Shown: positions 1 to 9,075, counted from the stretch's first letter. The stretch: DNA of 10,526 nucleotides from Octopus sinensis (GCF_006345805.1 NW_021827370.1:1-10526), one strand, 5' to 3'. Numbers and translations: made by a program. Notes: a model not told the origin generated them from the letters alone.

Positions 1-297
1 GCGGAACGCTTCGTTGGAACATAGGAGAAGGAAAGATCCAGAGAAGGGAAGACAGAGGAAAAAAATCGCCAACGGTAAACACGCGGCCGCATTTTATATA
101 TATATATACGTAATATGAGGCCAGAGGAATTGTCTCCAAAGAGTAACTGACGAGGGTGACAGCATCCCAATGGAATGGTGCCAGCGCTATAAGTAGAAAT
201 CGTTTATATTCAGTTGTGTTCATTGACCAATTCACATTTTTTTTCTTAGTGTCACAGTTGTTTTTGCGATAAACTCTAACATAGAGTTTATATCACA

Positions 298-435
298 TTA
301 GTTTTCTTCCAGCAATATGGTCTTCGGTTCAGTCCCATTGTACGGCACCTCCGGCAGCAACCGTTTCCCCCTCTATGGCCTCAGATCGACTGAAGCCTGG
401 TGAGTGGATTTAGTACACGAAAACTAAACGAAACC
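298..435 (+). mobile_element. Degenerate tRNA-derived SINE fragment, same family as 6313-6477
   Basis: Shares the blocks GGTTCAGTCCC (B-box-like), CTATxGCCTCxG, CGAC and TGAGTGGATTT with the reverse complement of 6313-6477. It runs into a CA/TA microsatellite. Confidence 0.7.
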
Positions 436-612
436 ACACACACACGCACGCAGACACACACACACTCACACATATACATGCGCACTCACACACACACTCA
501 CATATATATATATATACATATGTATGTATGTATGTATATATATATATATGTAAATATATATTTACTTTTATATATATATATTATATATATATATTATAAT
601 ATATATATATAT
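436..612. repeat. (CA)n/(TA)n compound microsatellite
   Basis: Dinucleotide runs read directly. They explain the spurious ORF 400..651. Confidence 0.95.
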
Positions 613-755
613 TCTCTCGTTTTGGTGTATCCCTTCTGTAGAAGAGCGTAGGCTCGAAACGTAAAATACTTTCTCTATTCCTGAGCGTTATACTAATACA
701 CCTGTGTTGTTTGTACACCATCTGTCTTTGACTTTGTTTTTTAGTAAACTCTCCC
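613..755 (+). mobile_element. Short interspersed repeat with a hammerhead-like motif, copy A (Penelope pLTR-like remnant)
   Basis: About 125 bp align with the reverse complement of 4360-4489. It contains CTGTAGA-A-GAGC-gtag-GCTC-GAAAC-GTA at 636-663. Confidence 0.7.
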
Positions 756-756
756 A

Positions 757-778
757 ATATATATATTCTATATAATAT

Positions 779-823
<45 letters not shown>
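757..823. repeat. (TA)n microsatellite
   Basis: Read directly. Confidence 0.95.
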
Positions 824-826
<3 letters not shown>

Positions 827-1071
827 AACATCGCAGATGTGCGTGTAGCTGTGAGGGGAAAATCATCGAATAACCATCCGTGAGTTATCAGAGGATGTGC
901 AGATTAGTTACGGTTCAGTTCAGTCCATTATCACTGAAGAATTGAGGTATGAGACTCGTGTCTGCCAAGTTTGTGCCAAAACTGCTTTCAGCTGGCCAAA
1001 ATGACTCTCGGGTTTCAGTTGCACAAGATCTCCTTGATTTTGCCGAGAACGATGAAAGCTTTTTGAAAACT
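827..1071 (+). pseudogene. Mariner transposase fragment (second HTH plus WVPHEL-type linker), frameshifted
   Basis: Manual translation with two +1 frameshifts (about 857 and 945): NIADVRVAVR/ENHRITIRELSEDVQISYGSVQSIITEEL/GMRLVSAKFVPKLLSAGQNDSRVSVAQDLLDFAENDESFLKT. VSAKFVPKLL matches the mariner linker motif, and FLKT sits just before the position of the catalytic TGDE motif, which is missing here. Confidence 0.9.
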
Positions 1072-1075
1072 TTAT

Positions 1076-1338
1076 GTAGGCCTCTGAGCAGGTATCGTCA
1101 AGCTTTTGGCAAAATATGAAGCAGACTCTGTCCTCAACTTTCTCTGTCATGGTCAATGCGACCATCACACGCTACACACCTTCCTTCCAAGCACTCCTAC
1201 CAAGTGAGCTGGAACGTTGAAACTTAGTGCGCATGCAGAGGTGAGTTCACGGTCAATCTGTGACAAGCGGCTTCTCTGCGCGTGATTTACCTTCGTTACT
1301 ATGGCAACAGTCCGGATAATTATTGAACAGAAAACGTA
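1076..1338 (-). mobile_element. Mariner 5' end: terminal inverted repeat, leader and transposase N-terminus
   Basis: The minus strand begins TA-CGTTTTCTGTTCAATAATTATCCGGACTG (mariner-type TIR, 1336-1308, TA at 1337-1338). ATG at 1150 gives MTEKVEDRVCFIFCQKLDDTCSEAY, resembling the mariner N-terminal EQRxCIKFCxKLG motif. Confidence 0.85.
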
Positions 1339-1430
1339 TATGAATAGCATTAAAGAAAATTAGTGCACTATGCTTGTACATCATGTACTTCTCAATCAAA
1401 ATTAAACCTTTGCTTCCGACTGACGTCACT

Positions 1431-1505
<75 letters not shown>

Positions 1506-1566
1506 CAGTAGCAGCAGCAGCAGCAACAGCAGCAGCAACAGCAGCAGCAGCAGCAGTAGTAGTAGT

Positions 1567-1632
<66 letters not shown>
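1431..1632. repeat. Compound (TAG)n/(CAG)n trinucleotide microsatellite
   Basis: Alternating TAG and CAG/CAA blocks. They explain the poly-L and poly-Y/C/T ORFs on the minus strand. Confidence 0.95.
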
Positions 1633-1634
<2 letters not shown>

Positions 1635-1959
1635 AGAGTTGTCAATACGACTGCATGTCAAAATCTTGGACTGTCAAGGTCCCTGAAATCTCCAACAATA
1701 TAGCATCGGTAACAGCAACAAAATAATCAAGAAGTCGTGATTTCTTAACAAATAAATGCTCATGAGTGATAAAATGGGGGGGGGGGGGAATAAGCAATAT
1801 GCTGCAAAATGGAGACTATAATATTTGAGAACAATTTTCAAGTCAAGAGGTGAGATGTCGCGTTGGATTTCATCCGAGGAAAAAGTCAATTTTCTCGCTC
1901 CTCAATTACTTAGGTTCCATTTAAATTCAGAAGATAGACATACATGATAGACGACAGAC

Positions 1960-2497
1960 AATATACATACATGCACGAATTCACACACACATGCACGCAC
2001 ACGCACACATACACACACACACACACACACCACACACCACGCACGCACACACACACACACACATATAGACGCACAAGGAAACACACGCACGTAAAAATAT
2101 ATGTACATATATAGGAGTGTATATATCATAAACATTATATATAATATGCATAAACATTAGCCTACCTCCATATATATACATATAAATATACACACACACA
2201 CTTATATTTACATACATATATATATGTACGTAAACACTCGCATTGATATACATGCATATGTAGATGTAGTATTATACATTTATACATATATATACGCATG
2301 CATATGTATGTATATATGTATGTATGTTTTTATGTATTTGTATATTATATAAATACATTATAAACATTATGTAGTGTATAAATATACGAATATATATATT
2401 AATATATATATATATAGTTATATATATATGTATATATCTATATATATATATATCTGTGTGTATAAAGATATGTACACATACGCATATACATACCTGC

Positions 2498-2529
<32 letters not shown>

Positions 2530-2598
2530 TGTGTGGTGTATGTGTGTGTGTGTAGAAATAAACAAAATCATACATACATACATACATACATACATACA

Positions 2599-2627
<29 letters not shown>
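1960..2627. repeat. Cluster of (CA)n, (TA)n, (TATG)n and (TACA)n microsatellites
   Basis: Read directly. Source of the overlapping low-complexity ORFs between 1902 and 2652. Confidence 0.9.
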
Positions 2628-2629
<2 letters not shown>

Positions 2630-2743
2630 GGCGAATGACGATTTCATCTTGAGAGGACATTTTCCTGAACCAATTATAGAAAGCTGTGTGACAAGGTCAT
2701 CTCGTGTTCCAGTGAGGTCAAAGCCAACAAGACTTCTCTCTAG

Positions 2744-2794
2744 TTACCCCGACCAATGGACGTGTGCAGAAGCTGCCAGATGATATGAACAGAG
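2744..2794 (+). CDS. Candidate 51-nt internal coding exon of an unidentified gene (phase 1-1): xTPTNGRVQKLPDDMNR
   Basis: Acceptor cttctctctAG (2733-2743) and donor AG|GTAAAT (2795). Only the phase-1 frame is open. No homologue recognised. Confidence 0.4.
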
Positions 2795-2901
2795 GTAAAT
2801 CAATAATAAATGATTTAGCAAAATATCATTTTTTCCGGCATTTCATAGGTGTTCAGTTTATTTTCTATTTTCGTGAGGAAGTGTATGCTTTTTTTTTTCA
2901 G

Positions 2902-2970
2902 GTGTGAAATCTAGAGCTAAACCATATGAGGAACACATGCTTAATTCGATAAACCTACACATAAACATTT
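2902..2970 (+). CDS. Candidate following exon (G-VKSRAKPYEEHM...), 3' boundary not determined
   Basis: Strong acceptor T10-CAG|G at 2889-2902. Only the phase-1 frame is open, and it continues the frame of 2744-2794. No convincing donor was found, so the end coordinate is approximate. Confidence 0.3.
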
Positions 2971-2992
2971 TTGTCGTTCCATTTTCCTCTTT

Positions 2993-2997
<5 letters not shown>

Positions 2998-3029
<32 letters not shown>

Positions 3030-3151
3030 TCTCCTTCTATCTTTCTCTCTCACACACACATATATATGAGACGGACACACACATATATATATATGAAACA
3101 GAGATAGTTAACTATCTTTCTATCTTGATAGACAAACAGACACACAGACAC

Positions 3152-3248
<97 letters not shown>
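2998..3248. repeat. (CT)n, (CA)n and (GACA)n-(GATA)n microsatellites
   Basis: Read directly. Confidence 0.9.
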
Positions 3249-3249
<1 letters not shown>

Positions 3250-4219
3250 TAAATGAACTGTGCAATTGTCGAAATAGACACTTGTGTCCACCTAATTGAT
3301 AATACTTTAGTAAAATGTTGTATATATATATGTTCCGTACGTGCACGTGGAATTGTCTATGGCACTGCCTCAAATATGTTTAAATTTAGACATTATAATC
3401 ACACTTGCCGCTTTCGGGATACGGGTAAAACTAAGTTTACATCTTTAGCTATCTTTCAATGGATGATTTCTGATAAAGTCATTGAGTATTAAATTGCTTG
3501 GTGTATTATATGCAAAACGCAACTATATGAAGTTAGTAATGATATATGTAATTCATGTATATCTAAAAATGTTGAAAGAATTAAACGTAAATGAAATGTC
3601 ATTTACTAACGACATGATGTGTACATACGTAGAGTATGTCTTACCACACAGAACTAAAAATTAACCTATTAACTTTAAACTAAATGCCTTATTAATATTA
3701 TTATTAACAGTCAACCGCTGTAGGCGTGCCCATTCTAATTTCTACAACTTACATTTTTCTTTTGTTTCACTCTTCCCGTGCTGTTTAGTTTTATCTCATT
3801 CCAGTCCGGACTGGGTTGATTTTGAATAGCAATTCAACATTACCACAAAAAGATAGTAACGATGAATACAATTAGTGTGCATTTTTAATCTATAAACTAA
3901 TTAGCTGTAAAACCTTTTTCAAGAATTAATTATATTATGTCAACAAAGGTATCGCTGGGCCTCCCCATAGTATACTAATAATTAAACTATTAGCGTGTAC
4001 GTTAGAACACTAATAATACAATCAGTTAACTCCTCTCAAATGTACCTCCTTTGTTTTGTTTCTAGATTTGCTTCCCTTCCTTTCTTTTATTTGATTATAT
4101 ATCATTCCTCACCTTTAACCTGTCGTTTCCATTTCCATAATATTTCATCTTAACTATAGCATAGTCTATCCTGTTTCTTAGGATTGGTAGTGGAGTAGTG
4201 TGATAGAATACGAATCGAT

Positions 4220-4345
4220 GAATGTAATGTGTATGAATATGTATGTATGTATGTGTTATGTATGTATGTATGTATGTATGTATGTATGTATGTATGTATG
4301 TATGTTATGTTGTATGTATGTATGTATGTATGTATGTATGTATAT
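4220..4345. repeat. (TATG)n microsatellite
   Basis: Read directly. A second (TATG)n/(TG)n tract lies at about 4492-4560, on the other side of the 4360-4489 element. Confidence 0.95.
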
Positions 4346-4359
4346 AATATGTGTATGTA

Positions 4360-4489
4360 GTGAGAGTTTACGAAAAAAACAAAAGACGAAGACAGGTGGT
4401 GTATACAACAAATAGATGTATTAGTATAACGCTCAGGAATAGAAAAAGTCTTTTACGTTTCCAACCTACGCTCTTCTACAGAAAGGGAG
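4360..4489 (-). mobile_element. Short interspersed repeat with a hammerhead-like motif, copy B
   Basis: Reverse complement aligns with 630-755. The minus strand reads CTTT-CTGTAGA-A-GAGC-gtag-GTTG-GAAAC-GTA-AAAG (4485-4450). The element is embedded in (TATG)n. Confidence 0.7.
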
Positions 4490-5102
4490 ACTATGTTATG
4501 TATGTATGTATGTATGTATGTATGTATGTATGTATGCATGTGGGTGTGTGTGTGTGTGTACGTAAATAATAATAAAGACTGATTTGGTCACATGAACAAA
4601 ATGATGACTTTCAACTCTTTTGTGACATTACTATTTGATATAAGAATTTTTTACGAACTGCTTGTGTGCGTGTGTGACTATTTTTATGTAAATGTATGTT
4701 TATAAAAGTATGTTAAAATATTCATATGAGGTGTATGTCTATGAACGTTGGTGTCATTATCAATAGTCTTGTACTGATATTTAAGTCCTTCTAAATCAGC
4801 CGTACCTGAAATCCCAATTGCTTAGACCGCTTTGTAGTGCGCCAGGCGTGGCTCGAGAAGGAACAAACAAGTTCTAATGTATGTATTGTGATATTTTGTT
4901 TGTTATTCTTCGTTGATATCAATCTTCACTTCACCGGTTTCCATCATTTTGTCAATGTGATATTTTACTCCATGTATGTCATACTATTTTCTGTTACTCC
5001 TTTTTCTAACGAACCAGCAAATATATACTCAGTCGTATTCACTAAGACACAAGCAGCGAACGAATATAAACACCCAGAAATACACATCTCTTCAGACACA
5101 TG

Positions 5103-5104
<2 letters not shown>

Positions 5105-5152
<48 letters not shown>

Positions 5153-5165
5153 CACACACACGCAT
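5105..5165. repeat. (CA)n microsatellite
   Basis: Read directly. Confidence 0.95.
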
Positions 5166-5212
5166 ACATGAGCATATTTTGGTTAAGTATATTCAGTATT
5201 TCTTCTATGACA

Positions 5213-5274
5213 GATAGAGACTCAGTACTGTGGATAGAGACTCAGTACTGTGGATAGCGACTCAGTACTGTGGA
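5213..5274. repeat. 20-bp tandem repeat, 3 copies (GATAGAGACTCAGTACTGTG)
   Basis: CTCAGTACTG recurs at 5221, 5241 and 5261. There is one substitution in copy 3. Confidence 0.95.
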
Positions 5275-5614
5275 AGGTATATTGTGGTTATTGGTTGGCT
5301 GAAAGCCTCGCAGTAACCAGTAAACTCAGTCGTCTCATATATATTTGTGTGTATACATAGGTCTGTGTGCATGTATGTATGTAAAATATATATGTATATA
5401 TAACACGTAGAGATCATATTTATATTCATGGATAAAACACACCCAAACAGATATAAACATGTGTGCGTATATGTATGTATATATATATATATATATAAGA
5501 TCAGCAAAATTTAGATTCAGATGAATATGGTACTTAAGTACCATATTTTTTTACGAACTGTCAAAGGCACAAGAATTTTGTATGGTATTATCCATATAAA
5601 TCAAATGGGGTGAT

Positions 5615-5874
5615 TATAATCAAAATAAGCAACAAGTATATCCGAGGTAGAGTAGTACAATTGTTTCATGCTACTTCATTTTATTAAACACTGTAAGTTT
5701 TACATCAGATTTAAAATGTCGAGCAATCTTCAGCCACTTGACTGGAAAATTCTATAAGTGGCTGAAGTTTGCTCGACATTTTAAAACTGATGTAATACTT
5801 ACAGTGTTTAATAAAATGAAGTGGCATAAAACAATTGTACTGCTCTACCTCGGATATACTTGTTGCTTATTTTG

Positions 5875-5880
<6 letters not shown>
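5615..5880. mobile_element. Foldback/MITE-like long inverted repeat (125-bp arms, 16-nt spacer)
   Basis: 5615-5739 is the reverse complement of 5756-5880 with 6 substitutions and no indels (manual alignment). Both ends are TATA, and the right end merges into (TA)n. Confidence 0.85.

Positions 5881-5944
<64 letters not shown>
5877..5944. repeat. (TA)n microsatellite
   Basis: Read directly. Confidence 0.95.
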
Positions 5945-5946
<2 letters not shown>

Positions 5947-6065
5947 TTGAGCACCGCATTTAAAGTCGAGGAAATTGATCCCAGACCTTATTTTTTGTAG
6001 GCTAGTACGTAAACACACCAGCATCAGTTGTCAAGCGATGCTGGGGGAACAAACAGATACACAAA
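5945..6065 (-). mobile_element. Probable 3' tail of the SINE whose head is at 6313-6477
   Basis: Complex-sequence block separated from the SINE head by (TACA)n/(TA)n and a 135-bp insert. The link to the head is an inference from the head-microsatellite-tail layout. Confidence 0.45.
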
Positions 6066-6123
6066 CATATACATATACATACATACATACATACATACAT
6101 ACATACATACATACATACATACA

Positions 6124-6159
<36 letters not shown>

Positions 6160-6312
6160 TAAAATGAGATAGGGGTTGAAAATTCAACCCACCAACTGTT
6201 ATGTAATGGTGTAATAAAGTATTGATTGGGTATCATCTGATGGTTGATGTTTGATTGATTTAAGTATGTTTCTCCATTTTCTAATTTTGTAGTATATATA
6301 TATATACGTATA

Positions 6313-6477
6313 TACGACGGGTTTCTTCCGAGTATACAGGAAAAAGACATTCAACCAAATCCACTCAAAAGGTTTTGGTCGGCCCGAGGCTATAGTAGAA
6401 GGCACTTGCCCAAGTTGCCATGCAGCGGGACTGAACCCGAGACAATGTGGTTGGTAAGCAAGCTACTTACCACACAG
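6313..6477 (-). mobile_element. tRNA-derived SINE (head plus conserved central domain)
   Basis: The minus strand has a GTGTGGTAAG A-box-like motif and a GGGTTCAGTCCC B-box-like motif, followed by GGCAACTTGGGCAAGTG, similar to the CORE-type central motif CCTTGGGCAAGT. A homologous copy lies at 298-435. Confidence 0.8.
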
Positions 6478-6809
6478 ACACTGTGTGTATTGTGTGTGTG
6501 ATACATATATATATCACACATACAACACACACACACACACACACACCTGTGAACGTATAAGACATGAAATGACAAATGGAAAACTTCTGATTTGTGGGAT
6601 CTATACATAAATGTGTGAGTATGCATGTCTGTGTATGCGCGCGCACTTATATAGATATATGCTATGGATAGAGAGTGAGACAAACAGACAAACAGTCAGA
6701 CACACACACAGGTGTCTGTGTTGTACATTATACACTTCCACTTTAATAGAATGAAGAAGAAAACTGCCACCATATACAATACGATATCATTGTTGCTGTC
6801 ATTGTTTGT

Positions 6810-7020
6810 GTCGTCGTCATCATCATCATCATCAGCAGCAGCAGCAGCAGCATCACCACCATCATCACCATCACCACTACCACCTTCATCATCATCATCA
6901 TCGTTGTTTTTTTGTTTGTTTTCTTTTCCTTTTTTTCTTGCTGTTGATGATGATGATGATGATGATGATGACGACGACGACGACGACGATAATGATGAAG
7001 ATGATGATGATGATGATGAC

Positions 7021-7058
<38 letters not shown>

Positions 7059-7134
7059 CGATGATGACGATGATGACGATGATGACGACGACGACGACGA
7101 TGATGATAATGATGATGACGATGATGATGATGAC

Positions 7135-7169
<35 letters not shown>

Positions 7170-7242
7170 CGATGATGACGATGATGACGACGATGATGAT
7201 GATGATGGTGATGATGATGATGATGATAACGATGATGATGAA
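6810..7242. repeat. Compound trinucleotide arrays: (CAT/CAG/CAC)n at 6810-6903 and (GAT/GAC)n at 6946-7242
   Basis: Read directly. They explain the poly-S, poly-D and poly-M ORFs. Confidence 0.95.
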
Positions 7243-7510
7243 GCTATGCAGTGACGGTTTCTGTTTTGTTTTGTTTTTCTTTTTCTTTGCTTTCTGATGT
7301 TTTGTCCTTTTTTTTTTTGTTTTGCTCTTGTCATGTTTTCTTTATTTTTTTCCCCTTCTGATTTATTTATTATTCCCGAGGACCTAGAATCCATTAACCG
7401 ATTTCAGAAAATTATTGATTTCTGACATCTTGCTTTTTTTTGTTTTTGTTTTTTACTGTTGTTTTCGCTATTGTTTTTTTCTTTGTATTTTGATAATTCA
7501 CACACACACA

Positions 7511-7542
<32 letters not shown>

Positions 7543-8088
7543 ACCACATACTATAATGCCCACATACCCACACGTACGTACTAGCACATTCAACTCACAC
7601 ACACACACACACATACACATACACACGCGTACACACACATACGCGCACACTTTATCCACCCCTATACGCACAGACACAGACTTACTTGTACTTATAGACA
7701 TAGAATCACACAAAATTGGAAATAAAAAGGAAATCAAAAAAAGAAAGAAAGAAAGAAAGAAAAAGCAAATCATAGAAGCAAAAGCAAAAAAAGAAAGGAA
7801 GAAAGAAAGAAGACAATAATAAACTCTGAACTCTAACGAAGGATTTCCTGAAATTAACGTTTTGACTTATAAAAGAATGTCAAGGCACCCCCACCCCCAT
7901 CATCTTCACCACCTTCACTCCACCATCTTTCCATTATTTCTTCTCCTCCGACCGCTCCTCTCTACCTCCTCCTCACTCTACAGTGAGTTCTTTGAAATCC
8001 CATTATCCAAAAACTGCAGGTTTAGTGTTTTAATGGTATAGAGCTTGTGTAGATTATATCAAGCCTTTGATATAAACACCACCGCTAC

Positions 8089-8113
8089 TACTACTACACT
8101 ACTACACTACTAT

Positions 8114-8156
<43 letters not shown>

Positions 8157-8296
8157 GCTACATGTTACGCGATGGAGATGGTTCTACTGATAAGATGTTA
8201 CTACTGCTTATTCGCAAGCGTGATCTGCATATCAAGCACCCCATGCCACCATTTTATTACAAAAAGCAAATCATATACACACACACATATATATAC

Positions 8297-8350
<54 letters not shown>

Positions 8351-8620
8351 TATATATATGTATATGTATTTATATAGATATATATATATAACATATAATA
8401 TATATATATAATATATATATATATAATATATATATACATATATATTATATATATATATATATATATATGTGTGGTGTGTGTGTGTGTCTATATATGTATA
8501 TATGTATATATATATATATATATATATGTGTGTATATATGTATATATGTATATATATATACACAAACATGTATATGTAAATACATATGTGTGTACGCCCG
8601 CGCGCGCGTGTGTGTGTATA
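8089..8620. repeat. (CTA)n at 8089-8160 and a long (TA)n/(TG)n tract at 8275-8620
   Basis: Read directly. Confidence 0.9.
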
Positions 8621-8634
8621 TAACCCTTAATTCC

Positions 8635-8790
8635 TCGTCGGTAGAGCGTTAAACAAAATGATTTGTGGTGTTTAGCTTTTCTATTACAGTCTGAGTTCAA
8701 ATCTCGCTCAGTTACATTACTTCTGCTTCTAAACAAGAAAGTAGAGATTGCATTCGAGTGTCGATACAAAAATAAGTTACTTGTAGTCAC
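8635..8790 (+). mobile_element. Highly degenerate tRNA-derived SINE (different family)
   Basis: tRNA D-arm-like GGTAGAGCG at 8640-8648 and B-box-like GAGTTCAAATC at 8693-8703. Boundaries are approximate. Confidence 0.45.
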
Positions 8791-8890
8791 AAACAGGATA
8801 AACCTTGAAAATTATAAGTTGGTGGGAAGCCTACTGCGTGTATAGTAATTTACTCTACTTTAGGACCAGACTAACCAGTTATTATCCAAC

Positions 8891-8902
8891 TATTCCCATG
8901 GC
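8891..8902 (+). repeat. Left target-site duplication TATTCCCATGGC
   Basis: Identical 12-mer at 9277-9288. Confidence 0.9.
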
Positions 8903-9001
8903 CATTATTTACATTATTTACATGCGACGGATATTTGTCCTCATCTTGTTTGTTGTTAACACAACGTTTCGGCTGATATACCCACTACGCCATATGCCCA
9001 C

Positions 9002-9075
9002 GGGCATATGGCGTAGTGGTTAAGAGCGCAGGCTACTAACCCCAAGATTCCGAGTTCGATTCCAAACAGTGACCT
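9002..9075 (+). promoter_or_regulatory. tRNA-like SINE head with RNA Pol III type-2 internal promoter
   Basis: A box TGGCGTAGTGG (9009-9019) and B box GAGTTCGATTCC (9052-9063). The CT-ACT-AA loop resembles tRNA-Ser(GCT), but the anticodon and acceptor stems do not pair, so this is not a functional tRNA. There is no TTTT terminator within 9002-9276. Confidence 0.85.

Noticed and set aside
1421-1428. Perfect CRE palindrome TGACGTCA
   Set aside because: An isolated 8-mer with no promoter context can occur by chance in 10 kb.
1776-1788. G13 homopolymer as a G-quadruplex element
   Set aside because: It is a single run with no supporting G-tracts, and homopolymer length is error-prone in assemblies.
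4838-4872. CCAGGCGTGGCTCGAGAAGGAACAAACAA as a truncated retroposon 3' end, or a nearby minus-strand exon with donor CAG|GTACGG
   Set aside because: Too short, with no TSD or second copy in the window, and the acceptor is ambiguous. It cannot be supported from this sequence alone.
5725-5770. CTGAAGA motif in the foldback arm as another hammerhead core
   Set aside because: No stem II followed by GAAA and no matching stem I could be found.
6481-6545. Imperfect hairpin of (TG)n and (CA)n around a TA core
   Set aside because: Expected from adjacent complementary microsatellites, with no complex sequence involved.
7880-8025. Pyrimidine tract followed by CAGTGAGT, as either an acceptor for a 36-nt exon (EFFEIPLSKNC) or a GTGAGT donor
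   Set aside because: The two readings are mutually exclusive, each has a weak partner site, and the tract is low-complexity.
8596-8616. (CG)n/(TG)n potential Z-DNA tract
   Set aside because: Short, and part of the general microsatellite background.
400-8790. The many 60-232 aa ORFs rich in YI/HT/CV/poly-L/poly-S/poly-M
   Set aside because: They are translations of di-, tri- and tetranucleotide microsatellites that lack stops in some frames, with no domain-like sequence.
9002-9075. Functional tRNA gene
   Set aside because: The anticodon stem pairs at only 2 of 5 positions, the acceptor stem does not close, there is no terminator, and the sequence continues into a repeat body flanked by a TSD.
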